NCBI RefSeq assembly: GCF_964213995.1
Contig: NC_135809.1
Coordinates: 109,244,001 to 109,308,000 of the forward strand
DNA from: Mustelus asterias
Taxonomy: Eukaryota
Length of the DNA: 64,000 bases
Reading direction: 5' to 3'
Made by a program: the position numbers and the translations under genes. The notes under the pieces were generated by a model that saw only the letters and a program-made list of their open reading frames with translations, was not told the DNA's origin and did not search any database. Below are positions 1 to 14,800 of the stretch, one piece after another; positions within the stretch are counted from its first letter, which is position 1, and each line of letters opens with the position of its first letter.

Positions 1-1344
1 GTTATTGTGGATTATACAGTAATTCCTTGCTTAATGGTGTAGGATGCTTCCTTGAAAAGTGCAAGAGAAAGAACTTCAAGTGAAGATTTTTCCCATTGCA
101 ACCAGTGTAAAAACTGCAGTCAGGTTCTATAGGACTATTCTTGTCAAAAAAAGTTATACCCTGTAAGCTGAAATACTGTACAGTGCATTCCTAAATTCCT
201 ACATTTGTAAATAAAATAATTTTCGAAATATAAAAGAAATAGGCTAACTTCTACTTGCCTCACGCAGACTGACTCCATCCCACAGGCCACTTCCCGCTCA
301 AGCTTCCCCCAGACTTACCTTTACTCCTACTTGCCACTTCACTCTCCTCAACCTTTGCTGTGAATGAGGACTCAGGAGAGGGTTGGTGAGATGGAAGGAG
401 GGGACAAGAGGGGCTCTGGATGGGAGAGTCAGGAAGGGAAGTGACAAGTGGTAGAGGGTTGGACAAGAAAATGGTGAGTGGGAGCGTCTGGATGAGTGGA
501 AGAGAGTCACCATGAGCAGGAGAGGCAGCTCCGGTTTTCACATGCCACTTCCACCAATACAGGTTCATGTGACTGGCAGAAGAGAGGGTTTGGGCTGCCC
601 AGGTGACCAGAGTGGGGGCATACTGGAATGTGGAGGAGGTGCTGGATGTCACCAGAAATACCACCTGGTGTGAATCGGTCAATGTCCAGCTCACAGCCAA
701 ATCCCTCCAGAGCCTTAAAAACATGGTGCTCAGCCCTGACTGCGCTTGTTGTGCTCTGGGATGTGAAGCACTCGTGTCCGAATTGACCTGTTTTTGGACA
801 GAATTTCTTAATTGGCCTGGCCCAAAACTGCCCTTGGGGCCATTGCCCCATTATTGGAACCATCTTTCAGAGGGGTTTACTGGATGGGTTGTCGCTGCAC
901 AACCTCCACTTGCACTTGCCAGCTGTCTGGACACGCTGTGGTGTTCCATCTTGTTGCTCAGAGGATGCAGAGCCACGACTGATGGCTCTCTACAAGGGAA
1001 TCCTCCATTTCGGCATCCGGGATTTATGTGGGGGATATTATAACCAGCAGCCCATACAATGGAAAGTAAAATCAGTCACATAGGCTGCCTGCATTATCTG
1101 TGGCTTTATGGCGTCTATGTTCCATGTTTATGTTGAGTGCTGAGGTTGCAGCCCATTTGTCATTATCTGAAAGGGCTGCTCTGCAATTTTTGATTGCACT
1201 CCAGTCCCATACTCCAAATCCTGGCCACGCAGGAAAGGAGGGGCAGTGGCATGCAGTTTAGAGGACCTTTTCATTGATTTGCTCTTCGATCTGACCAAGG
1301 TGGCCATAAATGGGGTCTCGGCATTGGGCAGTTGAGAGCACTGT

Positions 1345-2310
1345 TTATTCTGACTGGCTTGCCAGTTTGTTAAGATGTAACAAATGGTGTGCCCCAGGGA
1401 TCAGTGCTGGGACCTCAACCATTTACAATTTAAATAAGTTATTTGGATGAATGGGTAGTTGGCAGATTTGCTGGTGACACAAAAATGGGTAGGAAAGATA
1501 TGTTAAGTCAATGGGCAAACATCTGCTAAATGTGGTATAGCATTGGAAAATGTGAAATTGTCCATTTTGGCAGGAAGAATAAAAGAGAAGCATATTATCT
1601 AAATGATGAGGGATTGCAGAGCTCTGAGATGCAGAGGGCCCTGGGTGTCTCAATGCATCAATTACAAAAGGCTAGTATTCAGGTTCAGCAATTAATTTGG
1701 AAAGCTAATAGAAAGTTATGATTTATTACAGAGGGGAATTGAATACAAAAGTAGGGAGGTTATGCTTTATGTATACAAGGCACCACTGAGACCACACCTG
1801 GAGTAATGTGTACAGTCTTGAGTTCCTCATTTAAGGAAAATGTAAATGCATTGGAAGCAGTTGAGAGAATGTTTTCCAGGCTAATATCTGGAAGGGGAAG
1901 GTTGTCTTATGAGGAAGGGCTGGAGAGGCTAGGCCTATATCCACTGGTGTTTAGAAGAGTAAGAGTCAACTTGATTGAAATATACAAGATCCTGAGGGGC
2001 CTCGACATGGTCGAAGGGAGAAGATGTTTCCTTTTGTGGGAGAATCTAGAACCAGGGGTTGCCCATTTAAAATGGGAATGAGGTGAAATTTCTTCTTGGA
2101 AATTCTCTTCCAGAAAAGGTGGAGGAAGCAGAGTGTGTTTGAATATTTTTATGGCAAAGGTGGACAGATTCTTGGTAAGCAAGGGATGATAGGTTATCAA
2201 TGGTTGGCAGAATATAGATTTGAGGTTACTATCCGATCAGCCATGATCTTATTAAAAGGCGGAGCAGGCTCAAGTAACCGAATGGCCTACCCCTACCCCT
2301 TATTTGAATG
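1345..2310 (+). mobile_element. Old CR1 LINE 3' fragment
   Basis: GVPQGSVLG-like sequence, KCEIVHFG, LSYEEGLERLGL. Confidence 0.75.
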
Positions 2311-2951
2311 TACTCTTTTCCATGGTTTCGTTCATGCCCTGTAGTCCCTGGAGATGGTGCACAGATTGTCTGCCAGTAAGCTGGAGGCCTTGTGCGACTG
2401 TTGGTACTGGATGGGCTAAAGAGCATCATCACTCCCAAAATGCTATTTTAATTTGATAAGCTTCATCGGTTGTGTTGAAATAATGAGAGTAACCCCATTA
2501 GGGGTGGATCAGAAATGTATTTGTTTTGTTCCCTTTAATTTATTTTTTAAAAGAGTATAAAGACAGACGTCTGGGACACTGGCAGGAATTTATTAGATTG
2601 TATTCCGTAAATAAATCTAGTATTTAGTTAAAGATTGGCATCTGCTTTCCTATCTCACCATTGGGCTTCTGAATACATAAACACCCTTCTTCCACTCCTC
2701 CCCCCACCTAAACTTGAGGTGAGAGTGATTGCCCTTGACATCAAATCAGCCTTCAACAAACTAGCAAAATTGAAGCAAGTGGAATTCGGGGGCGGGGGGG
2801 GCCTGTGGGGGGGGGGGGACACTCCACTAGTTGGAGTAACACCAAGATCAAAAAGAATCTGTTTTGGTTATTGGAGGCCAATCATCTCAGCTTTAGGACA
2901 TTGTAACAGGAATTCCTCAGGGTGATGTTCTAGGCTCTACCATCTTCTACA

Positions 2952-3592
2952 TCAATGATTTGATTTGATTTATTATTGTCACATGTATTGGGATACAGTG
3001 AAAAGTTTTGTTTCTTGTGCGCTATACAGACAAAGCAGATGTTCGTAGAAAAAGAAACAAGAGAGTGCAGAATGTAGTGTTACAGTCATAGCTAGGGTGT
3101 AGAGAAAGATCAACTTAGTGAGAGGTAGGTCCATTCAAAAGTCTGACGACAGCAGGGAAGAAGATGTTCTTGAGTCGGTTGGTACGTGACCTCAGACTTT
3201 TGTATCTTTTTCCTGAAGGAAGAAGGTGGAAGAGAGAATGTCCGGGGTGCATGGGGTCCTTAATTATGCTGGCTGTTTTGCCAAGGCAGCAGGAAGTGTA
3301 GATAGAGTCAATGGATGGGAGGCTGGTTTGCGTGATGGATTGGGCTATATTCACAACCTTTTGTAGTTTCTTGCGGTCTTGGGCAAAGCAGGAGCCATAC
3401 CAAGCTGTGATACAACCAGAAAGAATGCTTTCTATGGTGCATCTGTAAAAGTTGGTGAGAGTTGTAGCTGACATGCCAAATTTCCTTAGTCTTCTGAGAA
3501 AGTACAGGCGTCGGTGGGCTTTCTTAACTATGGTGTCGGCATGGGAGGACCAGGACAGGTTGTTGGTGATCTGGACACCTAAAAACTCAAAG
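2952..3592 (-). mobile_element. Rex1/Babar-like LINE 3' fragment
   Basis: FLGVQITNNLSW...LYFLRRLRKFG...FYRCTIESILSGCITAWYG...FFPAVVRLLN; 3' end ...GTGACAATAATAAATCAAATCAAATCA. Confidence 0.8.
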
Positions 3593-3937
3593 CTCAATGG
3601 CCTACCAGCCACCATACGGTCTGATTTGGGGATGCTTGCTGATAATTGTGCTATGTTCAGTGCCATTTGCAACACCTCAGATTCTGCAGTAGTCCATATC
3701 CATGTGCAGCAAACATGGATGGCAGCTTGGGATGATATATGGCAAGTAACATTCAATGCAATGGCCATCTCCAACAAGACAGAGTCCCCTTAACATTCAA
3801 TGGTATTACCATCTCTGAATTGCCCCACTATTGGCATGCTGGGGATTGCCATTGACCAGAAACTGAACTGGTCATATAAATATTGTAACTTCAAGAGGAA
3901 GTCAGAGACTGGGAATTCTGTGGTTGGTAACTTTTGC

Positions 3938-4465
3938 ATAAGACATAGGAACAGATGTAGACCATTCAGTCCATTGACTCTGCTCCACCATTGAATGAGA
4001 TCATGACTGATCTGATGTAATAATCCTTAACTCCAAAACCCTCAATTCCCATATTGGTGAAATATCTGTCTATCTCAGTCTTCAATATACTTAATGATCC
4101 AGCCTCTGCAGCTCTCTGTGGTAAGTAAGTCCACAGGTTCACTACCCTCCAGAGAAAAAAATCCTCCTCATGGTTGTCTTAAATGGGTGACCCCTTATTC
4201 TGAGAGTTTGCCTTCTGGTCCAAGACTCTCTCACAAGGGGAAACAGCCTCTTAGCATCCTGTCAAGCCCCCTGAGAATCCCATATGTCTCAATAAGGTCA
4301 CCTCACTCTTCTAAATTCCAATGAGTACAGGCCCAAACTACTCAACCACTCCTCATAAGAAAATCTCTGTGTAGCCAGGACGAACCTAATGAGCCTTCTC
4401 TGGACTGCCTTCAATGCCAGCATATCTTTCCTTGGATAAGGAACCAAAAGCTATTCCAGTATTCC
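3938..4465 (-). mobile_element. Old CR1 LINE 3' end
   Basis: Reverse complement resembles the CR1 ORF2 C-terminus and 3'UTR. Confidence 0.6.
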
Positions 4466-5507
4466 TGTAGAGCTGTGTCATTGTGTATACTCAAGGCTGA
4501 GTTAGGGTTTTCATTGACAAGGGAATCAAGAGTTGTGAGGTCAGGCAGGCAAGTGGAGTTGAGGCATAGCTTTCCAAACTGGAGGGGTTACGAGTTGTGA
4601 TTCTGGGGTTGCAAGCTCTTCAGCAGCAATGTCTGTTGTGGAGCTTTTAACTGAATATCAATAGCTCTGAGGTCCCTTTAAATCCCCACTTTTTTGATGG
4701 TGGACATGACCTAAATGATTGATGCTTGAGGCCTGACCACTTCTCCAAAGAGCAACTGGAAAGGTAAATTTTTCAAGATATGTGAGAATGGAAAAGACTG
4801 CCGCCAACAACCCCCCCCCCCCCCCCCCCCCCATTCCATTTTCTTCAGCTCCCACTTAGGGGATCATTACAATTTTGAACCCTCAAAATGGGAAGCAGTT
4901 TGGGAATCTTTGAGTTAAGGCCACTATCAGATCAGCCATGATCTTACTGAATGGTGGAGGAGGCTCAGTGGGAGAATGGGCTAGTCCTGCCCCTATTTCT
5001 TATGGACCCACAGCCTGTCCTCCAAGTACAAGGTGCAAGTCAGGAGTGTGATGGAATACTCTTCACTTGCCTGGATGAGTAGGACTGCAAAACTCAAAAA
5101 GCTCAACACTATTCAGGACAAAGCAATCAGCAACCCGTCCACCGACTTTGTACACATACTCTCCTCCACCACATGCACACAGTAGCAGAAGTGCATACTA
5201 TTTGCAGCTTACAGTGCAGCAACTTGCCAAGCTTCCTTGGACAGCACCTTTCCAATGTATAACTGCTACTAACTAGAAGAACAAGGACAGCGGATACAGG
5301 GCAACACCACCATATCCCATTAAAGTATTTTTTAAAAATCACATTAGGGAATCGTAGATATGATTTGCATATAATTGCTTCATTGCAGTGTAACTGAAGT
5401 ATCTGAAGTGCTACTGTTCCACTTTCAATAGTACATTTTGAATCTCTTTTACTTCTCGCTTTGGCAATTGAATAATTTTACTAATATTTAATGCTCTGTT
5501 TATTTAG

Positions 5508-5846
5508 AAACTTTGGAAGTGACAATATTTGCAAACCCAAAGAGTGTCTTAGTGAATGAAGATATTTCCCTGGAATGTAAGTTTACTGGCTATGATGCAG
5601 CAGGCTTCAGCCTAGACAATGTAGGTGTCCAATGGATTGGGCCCAACGGTCAGGATATCTATGTCTTTAATGGAGGAATTGCTTCTCCAAAAAGAAATGG
5701 AGCAAAAATGTCAACAGCCGACTTACAGAAAGGAGATGCTTCACTTCATCTTCTGGACATACAGCTTACTGAAGAAGGGCAGTACACTTGTATTGTGTTT
5801 GTTACGCCTGAAAAGGTAGAAAAGAAATCGGGATTGGAAGTCTCAG
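5508..5846 (+). CDS. NCR3LG1: Gene A exon: IgV domain (D1), B7-H6-like
   Basis: tttag|AA ACT TTG...GTC TCA G|gtaag; LEC...VGVQW...GDASL...EEGQYTC has both Cys and the core Trp. Confidence 0.92.
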
Positions 5847-8800
5847 GTAAGACCCTTTATAATGCTATCTCTGGTGTTAGGGAAATGCTAAGCTAGAGCT
5901 GTAAAATAAGCAGGCTCCAATTGGATTCAGTGGTTCCTTGGATTGATACATTACCTTTTCACATGTGAAGCCTGAGGGCATGATCTTATTGTCTCGCCAC
6001 AATGATCAACCGCTGCAGTGAGCCAGTAAGATTGTGTGCAGGACGAAAAATCCAGTTTGTGCTGCCAATTTAAATATTAATAATCATTAACAAGTCCTGC
6101 ACAGCATTGTCCCAGCTCACCAACATTTAACCTCCTCACCGGTTGGTCCTCACGCCGGCAACAATCACAGCTGGTCGCCACCAGCAGAGACCAGGTGCCA
6201 TGGCCTCTCTGGGGGGAATCACGAGGCCATCGAAGTCCCCAAGTAGTTGGGGGCATGGCTGGGCACAGCCTGATGGGCACTCTGGCATTGCCCACCAGGT
6301 GCAGTGCCAAGGGGGTGGGGCCCGATTTGGGGTGGAGCCTGAGTGGGGGTGGGGCAAGGGGAGAGTTTTGTTGGGGGGGGGGGGGGCGGAGGCTCGTTCA
6401 GCACTTAGAGTTTCTTTTGTAATATGGCACCCTGGATCTTAATGCAGCCCACGCTGATGGAATAATGTTCTGCTCCATCTCTTAGTAGTGTGTGTGTGTG
6501 GAATTCATTTGAAGAGTCTTATTTTTGGGGTGGAATTGGCAATTTCATCTCTTAGATCAGCAAAATAAGCAGTGTGGGGAAACTGGAAACTTAGAATGGT
6601 GCAGTCGGGATACTTAAGGTTAAAGGTGAGGTTGAATGTTGGGGTCGACTAGAAGAACTTTATTTGGTAACAACACAAATTATAATATTTGTTTGTTGAC
6701 ATTGGATTAAAGCAATTGGAAAATCTTTTGATGCCCGATTGTAAATGAGCACAAAAATGCCCAAAAGATTTATCAAGCAGAGCGCTCTGACAACCTAAAC
6801 TGCTCAGAACAGTGAAGTAATACGCAGCACAAGAAATGCTCACACAGCTACAAAGGAACTGGAACCCAAGACAAACAATAAGAATACTGCTAGTATTGAA
6901 TAAACAAAGTGGGGGAAAATGGCAAGTTATGAACACAATTCCAAGAGTATTACTATAAAACATAATTTTTAACAGTTGCACAAGAAACTGATATTATTAT
7001 GGTAGATTGAGCTTGGCACAAAGGCACAGTGGTTTGCACTGTTGCCTCACAGTGCCAGGGACCCGGCCTCGGGGAAATTTCTGTGTGGAGTTTGCACGTC
7101 CTCCCTGAGACTGCGTGTATTTCCTCCGATTGTTCCAGTTTCCTCCCACAGTCCAAAGATGTGCACCTTAAGTTGATTGGCCATGCTCAGTTGCCCCTCA
7201 CTGTCAGGGAGGTTAGCAGGATAAATAGGTGGGGTACGGGGATAGGGCCTGGGTGCGATTGTTGTCGGGTCAGGCTCGATGGGCCGAATGACCTCTTACT
7301 GCACTGTAGGGATTCTGAGAGATACGACTGGAAATCTGAGGGATTGCTTTACCACCATTCTCTCCCTCTCTCTCTCTGCATTATTTCTATAGCCCTGAAG
7401 AATCTGAAGGCCAATTTCTGCAGCAATTCTTTAAAATTCTATTCATGAAGATATTGTCTACTTCCTGTTTGTCCAGGATTTAGAAAATTTCAATGTGGAA
7501 AACTGCAAGGATCAATGTTGGGGCCTTAGCTATTTACAATCTATGTTAATGGCTTAGACAAAGAGATGGTGAAAAATGTATGTAGGTTTGTTGATTTTTA
7601 AAGAGCTAGATTAGAATGCATGCTTTTTAAAAGGCATAAAACTTATGTTTACTTGTACAGCTAACACAAAAGCTCAGCATGCAGGTACAATAAACAGTTA
7701 GGAAAGCAAGTGGCATGTTGCCCTTTATTGCATGGAGATTGGAGTACGAGAATAAAGAGTCTTCTCACAGTTGTACTGTGTTTTTGGTTACTTTATTTAT
7801 TGGTGTCACAAGTAGGCTTACATTAACACGGCAATGAAGTTACTGTGAAAATCTCCTAGTCGCCACACTCCGGCGCCTGTTTGGGTACACTGAGGGAAAA
7901 TTTAGCCTGGCCACCGTACCGAACCACTGATCTCCCACTCACCTGACGAAGGAGCAGCGCTCCGAAAGCTAGTGGCGTTTGCTACCAAATAAACCTGTTG
8001 GACTTTAACCTGGTGTTGTTAGACTCCTTACTGTGTTCACCCCAGTCCAAGTCCGGCATCTCCACGTACCGAAACCAGCATGTCTTTCGGATTGTGGGAG
8101 GAAACCCGTGCAGACACGGGGAGAATGTGCAGAGTCCGCACAGTCACCCAAGCCAGGAATCAAACCTGGGTCCCTGATGCTGTGAGGCAGCAGTGTTAAC
8201 CACTGTGCCACCGTGTGGAATACCGTGAGCAGTTTTGGTCTCCGTACTTAAGGAAGGATATACTTCCATTGGAGGTGAAAAGGTTAATAATCGCACCAGT
8301 TTAAAAATCTCACAAGCTGCTGTGAGAAAATCCCGAGGTCTTTACAAAAGTCACAGTAAGTAGTCGAGACAATTCGCACCTCTTTAACCTGTGCTTAACC
8401 CTCTCTCCACTCACATTGTCTGCATCTGTAAAGACTTAATTACCTGTTCAGACTCGCATTCCAACCATTATCTTGTAACTGAGTTTGTGTCGATTATGCC
8501 CTGTTTGTGAATTGAACTCTTCACTCACCTGATGAAGGGGCAACGCTCCAAAAGCTCGTGCTACCAAATAAACCTGTTGGACTTTAACTTGGTGTTGTGA
8601 GACTACTTACTGCGCTTACCCCAGTCCAACGCCAGCAACTCCACTTTATAAAAGTCAACACAGATAAGCGCCAAGCCTTCATTAAATGGGACAGCTGGAG
8701 ATGTGAGGAGGGAATGATTTCTTCAGACAAACTGAAACATCAATGATAATTTGTAACGATGATGAATTAGATCAGTTAACATGATTAAGTCTTCACGCTG

Positions 8801-11800
8801 ATTGGATATTATTCTTAAGCAGGCATGCAATGATTGTGATTGCTTTTAATATCTGCATCTTATGTATGATGTAACCTTAATAAAGCTGTGAATGGATAGA
8901 GAGAACCCCATACCTTGATTGGTATATGTTAATTACTTGTAATCAAATTTGAAACTATAATTGCTTGTCCTGAATTCTGTGCTCTGGCTAGATACAGACC
9001 TTACAGGGTCCTCGCTATAGCTTAAAATTAAAACAGCTGTTTCAGAGAACTCCGTGACTTGATCTGGTTCTTGAAGGGATCAAAGTTGTGAACAATTTAA
9101 AGGCTGAACATCAAAGCCCACAACAGCAAGCGTTCACTTGATTGTTTCCTGTGATGAGAGGGTTGCCGATGATGTGAGACTGAATACATTAGGTCTATAT
9201 ACTCTGGAAATACAAGAACTCACAGGTGATATTGAAACATTCAAGATTATGAAGGGGCTTAGCAGCGTTTTTTCCCCTGGCTGGGGATTCTGGAACATGG
9301 GGGTACAGTCTTGGGGCAAGAGGGTGATCATTTAGGAGTGAGATGAGGAGAGATTTCTTCATTCAAAGGGTTGCGGATCTTTGGAAGTCTCGATCCCAAA
9401 GAGTTGTGATGCTCCATCATTGAATATGTTTAAGGCTGAGGTACACAGAATTTTGGTGTCTCAGGGAACTAAAGGATATGAGGAGTGGGTAGGACGGTTA
9501 AGTTGAAGTGGAGGATCAGCTATGATCATTTTAGATGGCAGAGAGGGCTTAACAGGCCATATGGTCTCCTCCTGCTCCTCTTATGTTTTATCTCAAAACG
9601 CATTGAGCTCCAAATAGTTCTAAACTATGGTTCCTAAATTTTAAATTGTTTAATTATTTCTTTGTGACCTGGGCCTTCCATATCTCTGTAATCTCCTGCA
9701 GGCTTTGCAAACCCCATCCAGAATGCACCTTTTTTTTTTGGCTGCAACCTCCCTCATTCCAGCATTCCTTCAGTAACCCAAGTCCTTTTATTTTGGTATT
9801 TCCTACCAAAGCATCTTATGTGTTGGTTCAGGCTCATTTGGTAGCACTTATATCTTTCAGTCAGAAGCTTGTTGTTTCGTGTCCCACTCCAGAACTTGAA
9901 TCAAACAATTAAAAGCTGATACTGCATTGTGCATCACTGAGGGAGTTCTGTACTGTCAGAGGTGTGGTGTCTCGATGAGATACTAAACGAAGGCCCTGTC
10001 GATCTCTCGGAGATAGTGTTGTCCCATCTTTTAAATCCACCTGAGAAGAATGGAAGAGTTACCTTTAGGAAAACCAATCTTCTGGTCATTATCACATTGT
10101 TTGTGGGAGACGGTTGTGTGCAAATTGGCTGCCATGATTCCGACATTACAACAGTTGCACTTCAAAAGTACTGAATTGATTGTAAAAATGATCTTTGGTT
10201 TTCGAGGTGATTTATAAACTGCATGTATTTTTTCTTCCACTTTCTTTTCCTCCTTTTGGAGGTTAGGTAAAGATGTTTTATCCCTCTTCTCCCGTTCCTC
10301 CCCATCCTTGTTGGTGATGGATAAATCTGGAATGTTCCCGTCCAAATTTGAGATTAATTTACTCTGGGTATAATTGTACACCATCTTGTAGAAACCTGTA
10401 TGAAAGGAAGACAAGTGTTGTTTTTGGTACATGGTTGTATGGAATAACTTAGATCTGCGTTTAGCCTATCTGATCTATTATATTTGTCTTTAATGCAGCT
10501 CGGCCAGCGGTCAGTTTATCCACAGAACAGATCAACATTTTGATTGGATCCGAGGGGACCTTGAGTTGTGATGTTACGGGATTTTATCCTAAGCAGCATG
10601 AACTCGTCTGGCAATATATCCCAAACACAGAATCTAAGAAACCAAAGGAACTGAAAGATAAAATCTGCACTGGTGCCACCACTCCCAGTAATAATGGAAC
10701 CTTCAGTGTTTCCAGCAGAATAAGAATTGTACCAACATTGTATGATGATGGAGATGTGTACAGATGTTTAGTGACTCACCGGTCAGCTCGTCCTGATGGC
10801 ATTTCACAAGAAAGTACACTCAAAGTGGAAGGTATGTTCCTTTCTTTTGCAAAAGATTTTTCAGTGCGTTTTTATTAAAGCTTACAAACATTTAAGCCTA
10901 TTTATTACCATTGAATTTCTACTTCAATTTGCATCTGACTTAAATCAGGAATTCATCCTTTATTATTCCACAATTTAAATGACGATTGTATGCAATAATT
11001 ATTCAAATTAACCAGACAAAATTGAGCAATGATATCTGTGTTTAAAAGTTGTTTAATTGTACCACATGCTAGAGTTATGTGCACATTGCTTTTAAAGTCA
11101 GTTTTATTAAACCGCTGTCAACATTAGTTGAACAGGCTTATCATCAAATAAGTGAAACCTGCTTATGCCCAGGTATAATGTTTGAATCAGTTTGAGAATG
11201 TCGGAAATTTAGAGAACAATGAATACCATGAGATCCCATTTAATGGTTGCATTCCTGAAAATTTTGACTATGTGAAACAACCTTGATTCCTATGGGAACT
11301 CAATGTTAAAGCTGGAGTTTTGTTTTTCTAGGCGCGATGTGTCTGAAGGAACCCATGTAAAAGCTTTACCATACATGTGCAGTGCTGTGCATTCCTAGCT
11401 GGAATAACCTGAAAAATAAAATAAATAATTGAACCTAACAGAAATATTGTATGAATTCAGATTAGATAACACTAAATCAACCAAACAAACCCTGAGTAAC
11501 ATAGCTTCTGTGTCTCACCCACAGAAACTCAGCTCAATTTTTTGCTTGCTTTCCTTTTGCACTGTCTCTGTCTCCTTTCCCATTCTGTCTGTCTCTTTCT
11601 CTTCCTAATCCCTGTCTCAATTACTATCCTGTCTAATCCCCATCCTGCTCTGACTGACTCCCAGTCCGAGGCTGCAGCTGAGCCCACTGCCTAGACTTCT
11701 TCCTGCTCATCTACAGAGGCACAGTCCAGCCCTGGGCCGTGGATTGTGTTGGATGGGGAAGGAGGTGGATTTAGCTGGGCATCTCCCTTGCTGTCTCCTT

Positions 11801-14800
11801 CTCCACACCTCTCTTTTCTCCCCCCCCCCCCACGCACACACCTGCACACTCAAAGTTTACTCACACATCACCACCTAATTAATGCTCAGAAACTTCCCAC
11901 ACTGAGCCAACATGCCACTGCTCTGAGTTCTGGCTGATTGTCCTGGCTGAGACTCTGTATTAGGCTCCCTGGCCTGCCCTCCTGCTCCCGGCTCCCTGGC
12001 CTTGCAGTAGCTTTCTGCTGAAGGTGGTGGCACGGCCGGTATCGGACCGTGGTAAGGGTGGGGACTGCCAAAGTGCAAATGATGTAAACATGAAAATGAT
12101 GACGCCAACTGGAAAAAGCAGGACCAAAATAACAAGGTTTCCCTAACAGACATTAGAGAACCAGGTGGGTTTTTTCCGACAATCGATTCATGGTCATTTT
12201 TAGATGTTTAATTCCTGTTGTTTTATTGAGTTTTTATATTCTACCACCTGCCATGGTGGGATTCGAACCCGGTTCCCCAGAGCTCTGGCTCTCTGGATTA
12301 CTAGTCCATCGCCTCCCTGAAGACTTTTGTTGCAGGACTTGCCACGCCACTGGCTAAGCTATTCCAGTATAATAAATTTTGGCATAGATGCCAAGATGAT
12401 AAGTTGCCCAGTTATGTCCTGTCCACAAAAAACAGGATAAATCCAAACCAGTCAATTACTGCTCCATCGGTCTACTCTCAAAAATCAGCAAAGTAATGGA
12501 AAGCATTGTGGACAGCGCTATGAAGCGGCACTTACTCCACAATAACCTGCTCTCTGATGCTCAGATTGGGTTTCACCATGGGCACTCGGCTCCCAAATGC
12601 ATTACAGCCTTGGTCATGAATAGCAGAACTGAAATTGAGAGGGAATGTGTGAGTGACAGTCCTTGACATCATGGCAACATTTGCCTAAGTGCGCCACCAA
12701 GGAGCTCTGGGAAACCTGAGGTCAATGGGAATCAAGGAGTGCGGGAAAGCTTTCTATGGGTCAGAGTCTAATCTGCAAACAGTGTTTCCCACTCGTGGCT
12801 AACAAAAATCAGATGTGACTGGAGGCTGCTTTGAGGGCAGCTGCCTCAGTGAATCCTGGATGAGCCTGTATGAAAGGTGCCACATTTGGGGGGCAATATT
12901 TCCAGATTGGGAAGAAAGGATCTTCGTCACTGTGCAAGTTCAGGCCGAAATTGACCATAGTTCCTTATTTGCCTGCTGCAGTCTTTGGTTAAAACTGTCT
13001 TTGAAAAATCTTTACTCTAATTTCCATTATTCTTATTTTCACCACTCCAATATGCATGCAAATGAACTGACCTATGAAATTACAGAGTAAATACTTCTCT
13101 GGGTCATCGGTATTTTCATTAGTGCAAAAGGAGTGTGGTTCACCGCATTTTTAGGCTATTTAGAGAGTTTGTTAACAGCACAGGTCTGTAATTTCAGATT
13201 CCTTAAAGACTTTTATATATTTAAATATCTTAAATTATGATTTTTTTTTAAATGGAGTAATCCGAGAACACATTTGGTGCAAGTGACAGTTTATTGTGGC
13301 AATTTTAGTCTAAATGCTTCTGTATTTTTTTTCAACTTTCAGAGCCTAAGGAATATTCAGCAGTACCAGCAGTTGTTACAAGTATAATTGTTACACTGCT
13401 GGTATGTGCAGCATCGGTTCTCGCTGCAATTTTATATTGGCGCAAATTTAGAGGAGGTAATGTATATACTAGTGAAACCTTTTTATTGTGCAGTAATTTT
13501 GTATTTGTGTGGACGTTGTTCTTGTCATTCTTTGGCCTTGTGTGTTTGTGTGTCCAGCACAGAGTTAGAAAAAGTAACCTGGAGTTAACATTTAGCTCTG
13601 GGCGATCTGGCTGCAAATTACACTCCAGTGTTTCTACGGAAATGAATTTTCATATTGTCAAATGTAAAGTGCCATCATTAACCAGTGCAATTTTGGTTTA
13701 AGAAATATTCTTTCATGTTCTTAAGCATAGTAATTTAGAATCACCACTAACAGGATGCTGCCATCAAGTCAAAAAGACATTTTGCCCATCACCGAAATGA
13801 ATACTGTGGTATATGAATTTCGGTGCCAGTGCAATGTTTGGTATATACAAAGACTGACAGATTGTATCAAACAGCTGTTCCCTTCCATTGTTCGCAACAG
13901 GAAAGGTGCAGACTTTATCCAACTATGATGTGCTTGCAAAACTCAAAAACAGTGTCAACATTAAATGTAATTCCACAATTGGACATTTGCTAAATAAGCC
14001 TCAATGTACTAAGGATTATGCTGACAAGCAATTTTGCGTGTACTGAAGGCGATATATTAATTCACAGGGCCCTGTTCTTTGCGAGCAGGTACACGCATTG
14101 GGACTGTTTCAACTAAAAAAAAGTGACAGCATTCTTCAGGATAATGCCTTGACCAGAGTCCCATTGCCTGGTTTAAATTGGCAGTCACCATTAACTGGTG
14201 CATTTTCCATGGTGATGTCTCTACCGATCAAGAGTCCGCTTACCAACCAATCAGCATCTCATCTGATTGTGGTTCACTTTACATTTGATATTCTTGCAAA
14301 TTATCCTGATGAGTGCAAGATGAAAGAACTTCAAAGAACAATACAGCAAAGGAACAGGCCCTTCAGCCCTCCAAGCCTGCGCCGCTCATGTGCCCACTAG
14401 ACCATTCTTTTGTATCCCTCTATTCCCAGTCTGTTCATGTGTCTATCTAGATAAGTCTTAAACGATCCCAGCGTGTCCGCCTCAATCACCTTGCTTGGCA
14501 GTGCATTCCAGGCCCCCACCACCCTCTGTGTAAAATATGTCCCCCTGACATCTGTGTTGAACCTTGTCCCCCTCACCTTGAACCCATGACCCCTTGTGTT
14601 CGTCACCTCCGACCTGGGAAAAAGCTTCCCACTGTTCACCCTATCTATGCCCTTCATAATTTTATAGAAATCATAGAAACCCTACAGTACAGAAAGAGGC
14701 CATTCAGCCCATCGAGTCTGCACCGACCACAATCCCACCCAGGCCCCACCCCCATATCCCTATATATTTACCTACTAATCCCTCTAACCTACACATCTCA

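Noticed and set aside
260-1340. ORFs of 118-154 aa
   Set aside because: No recognisable domain or exon structure; probably decayed transposon sequence that I could not assign
1-5507. Leader exon and promoter of gene A
   Set aside because: No convincing ATG-hydrophobic-GT exon found; the region is mostly repeat-derived, so the leader is probably upstream of the window
8276-9125. Possible solo LTR interrupting an old CR1 (TG...CAACA, AATAAA)
   Set aside because: No clear TSD and no second copy in the window
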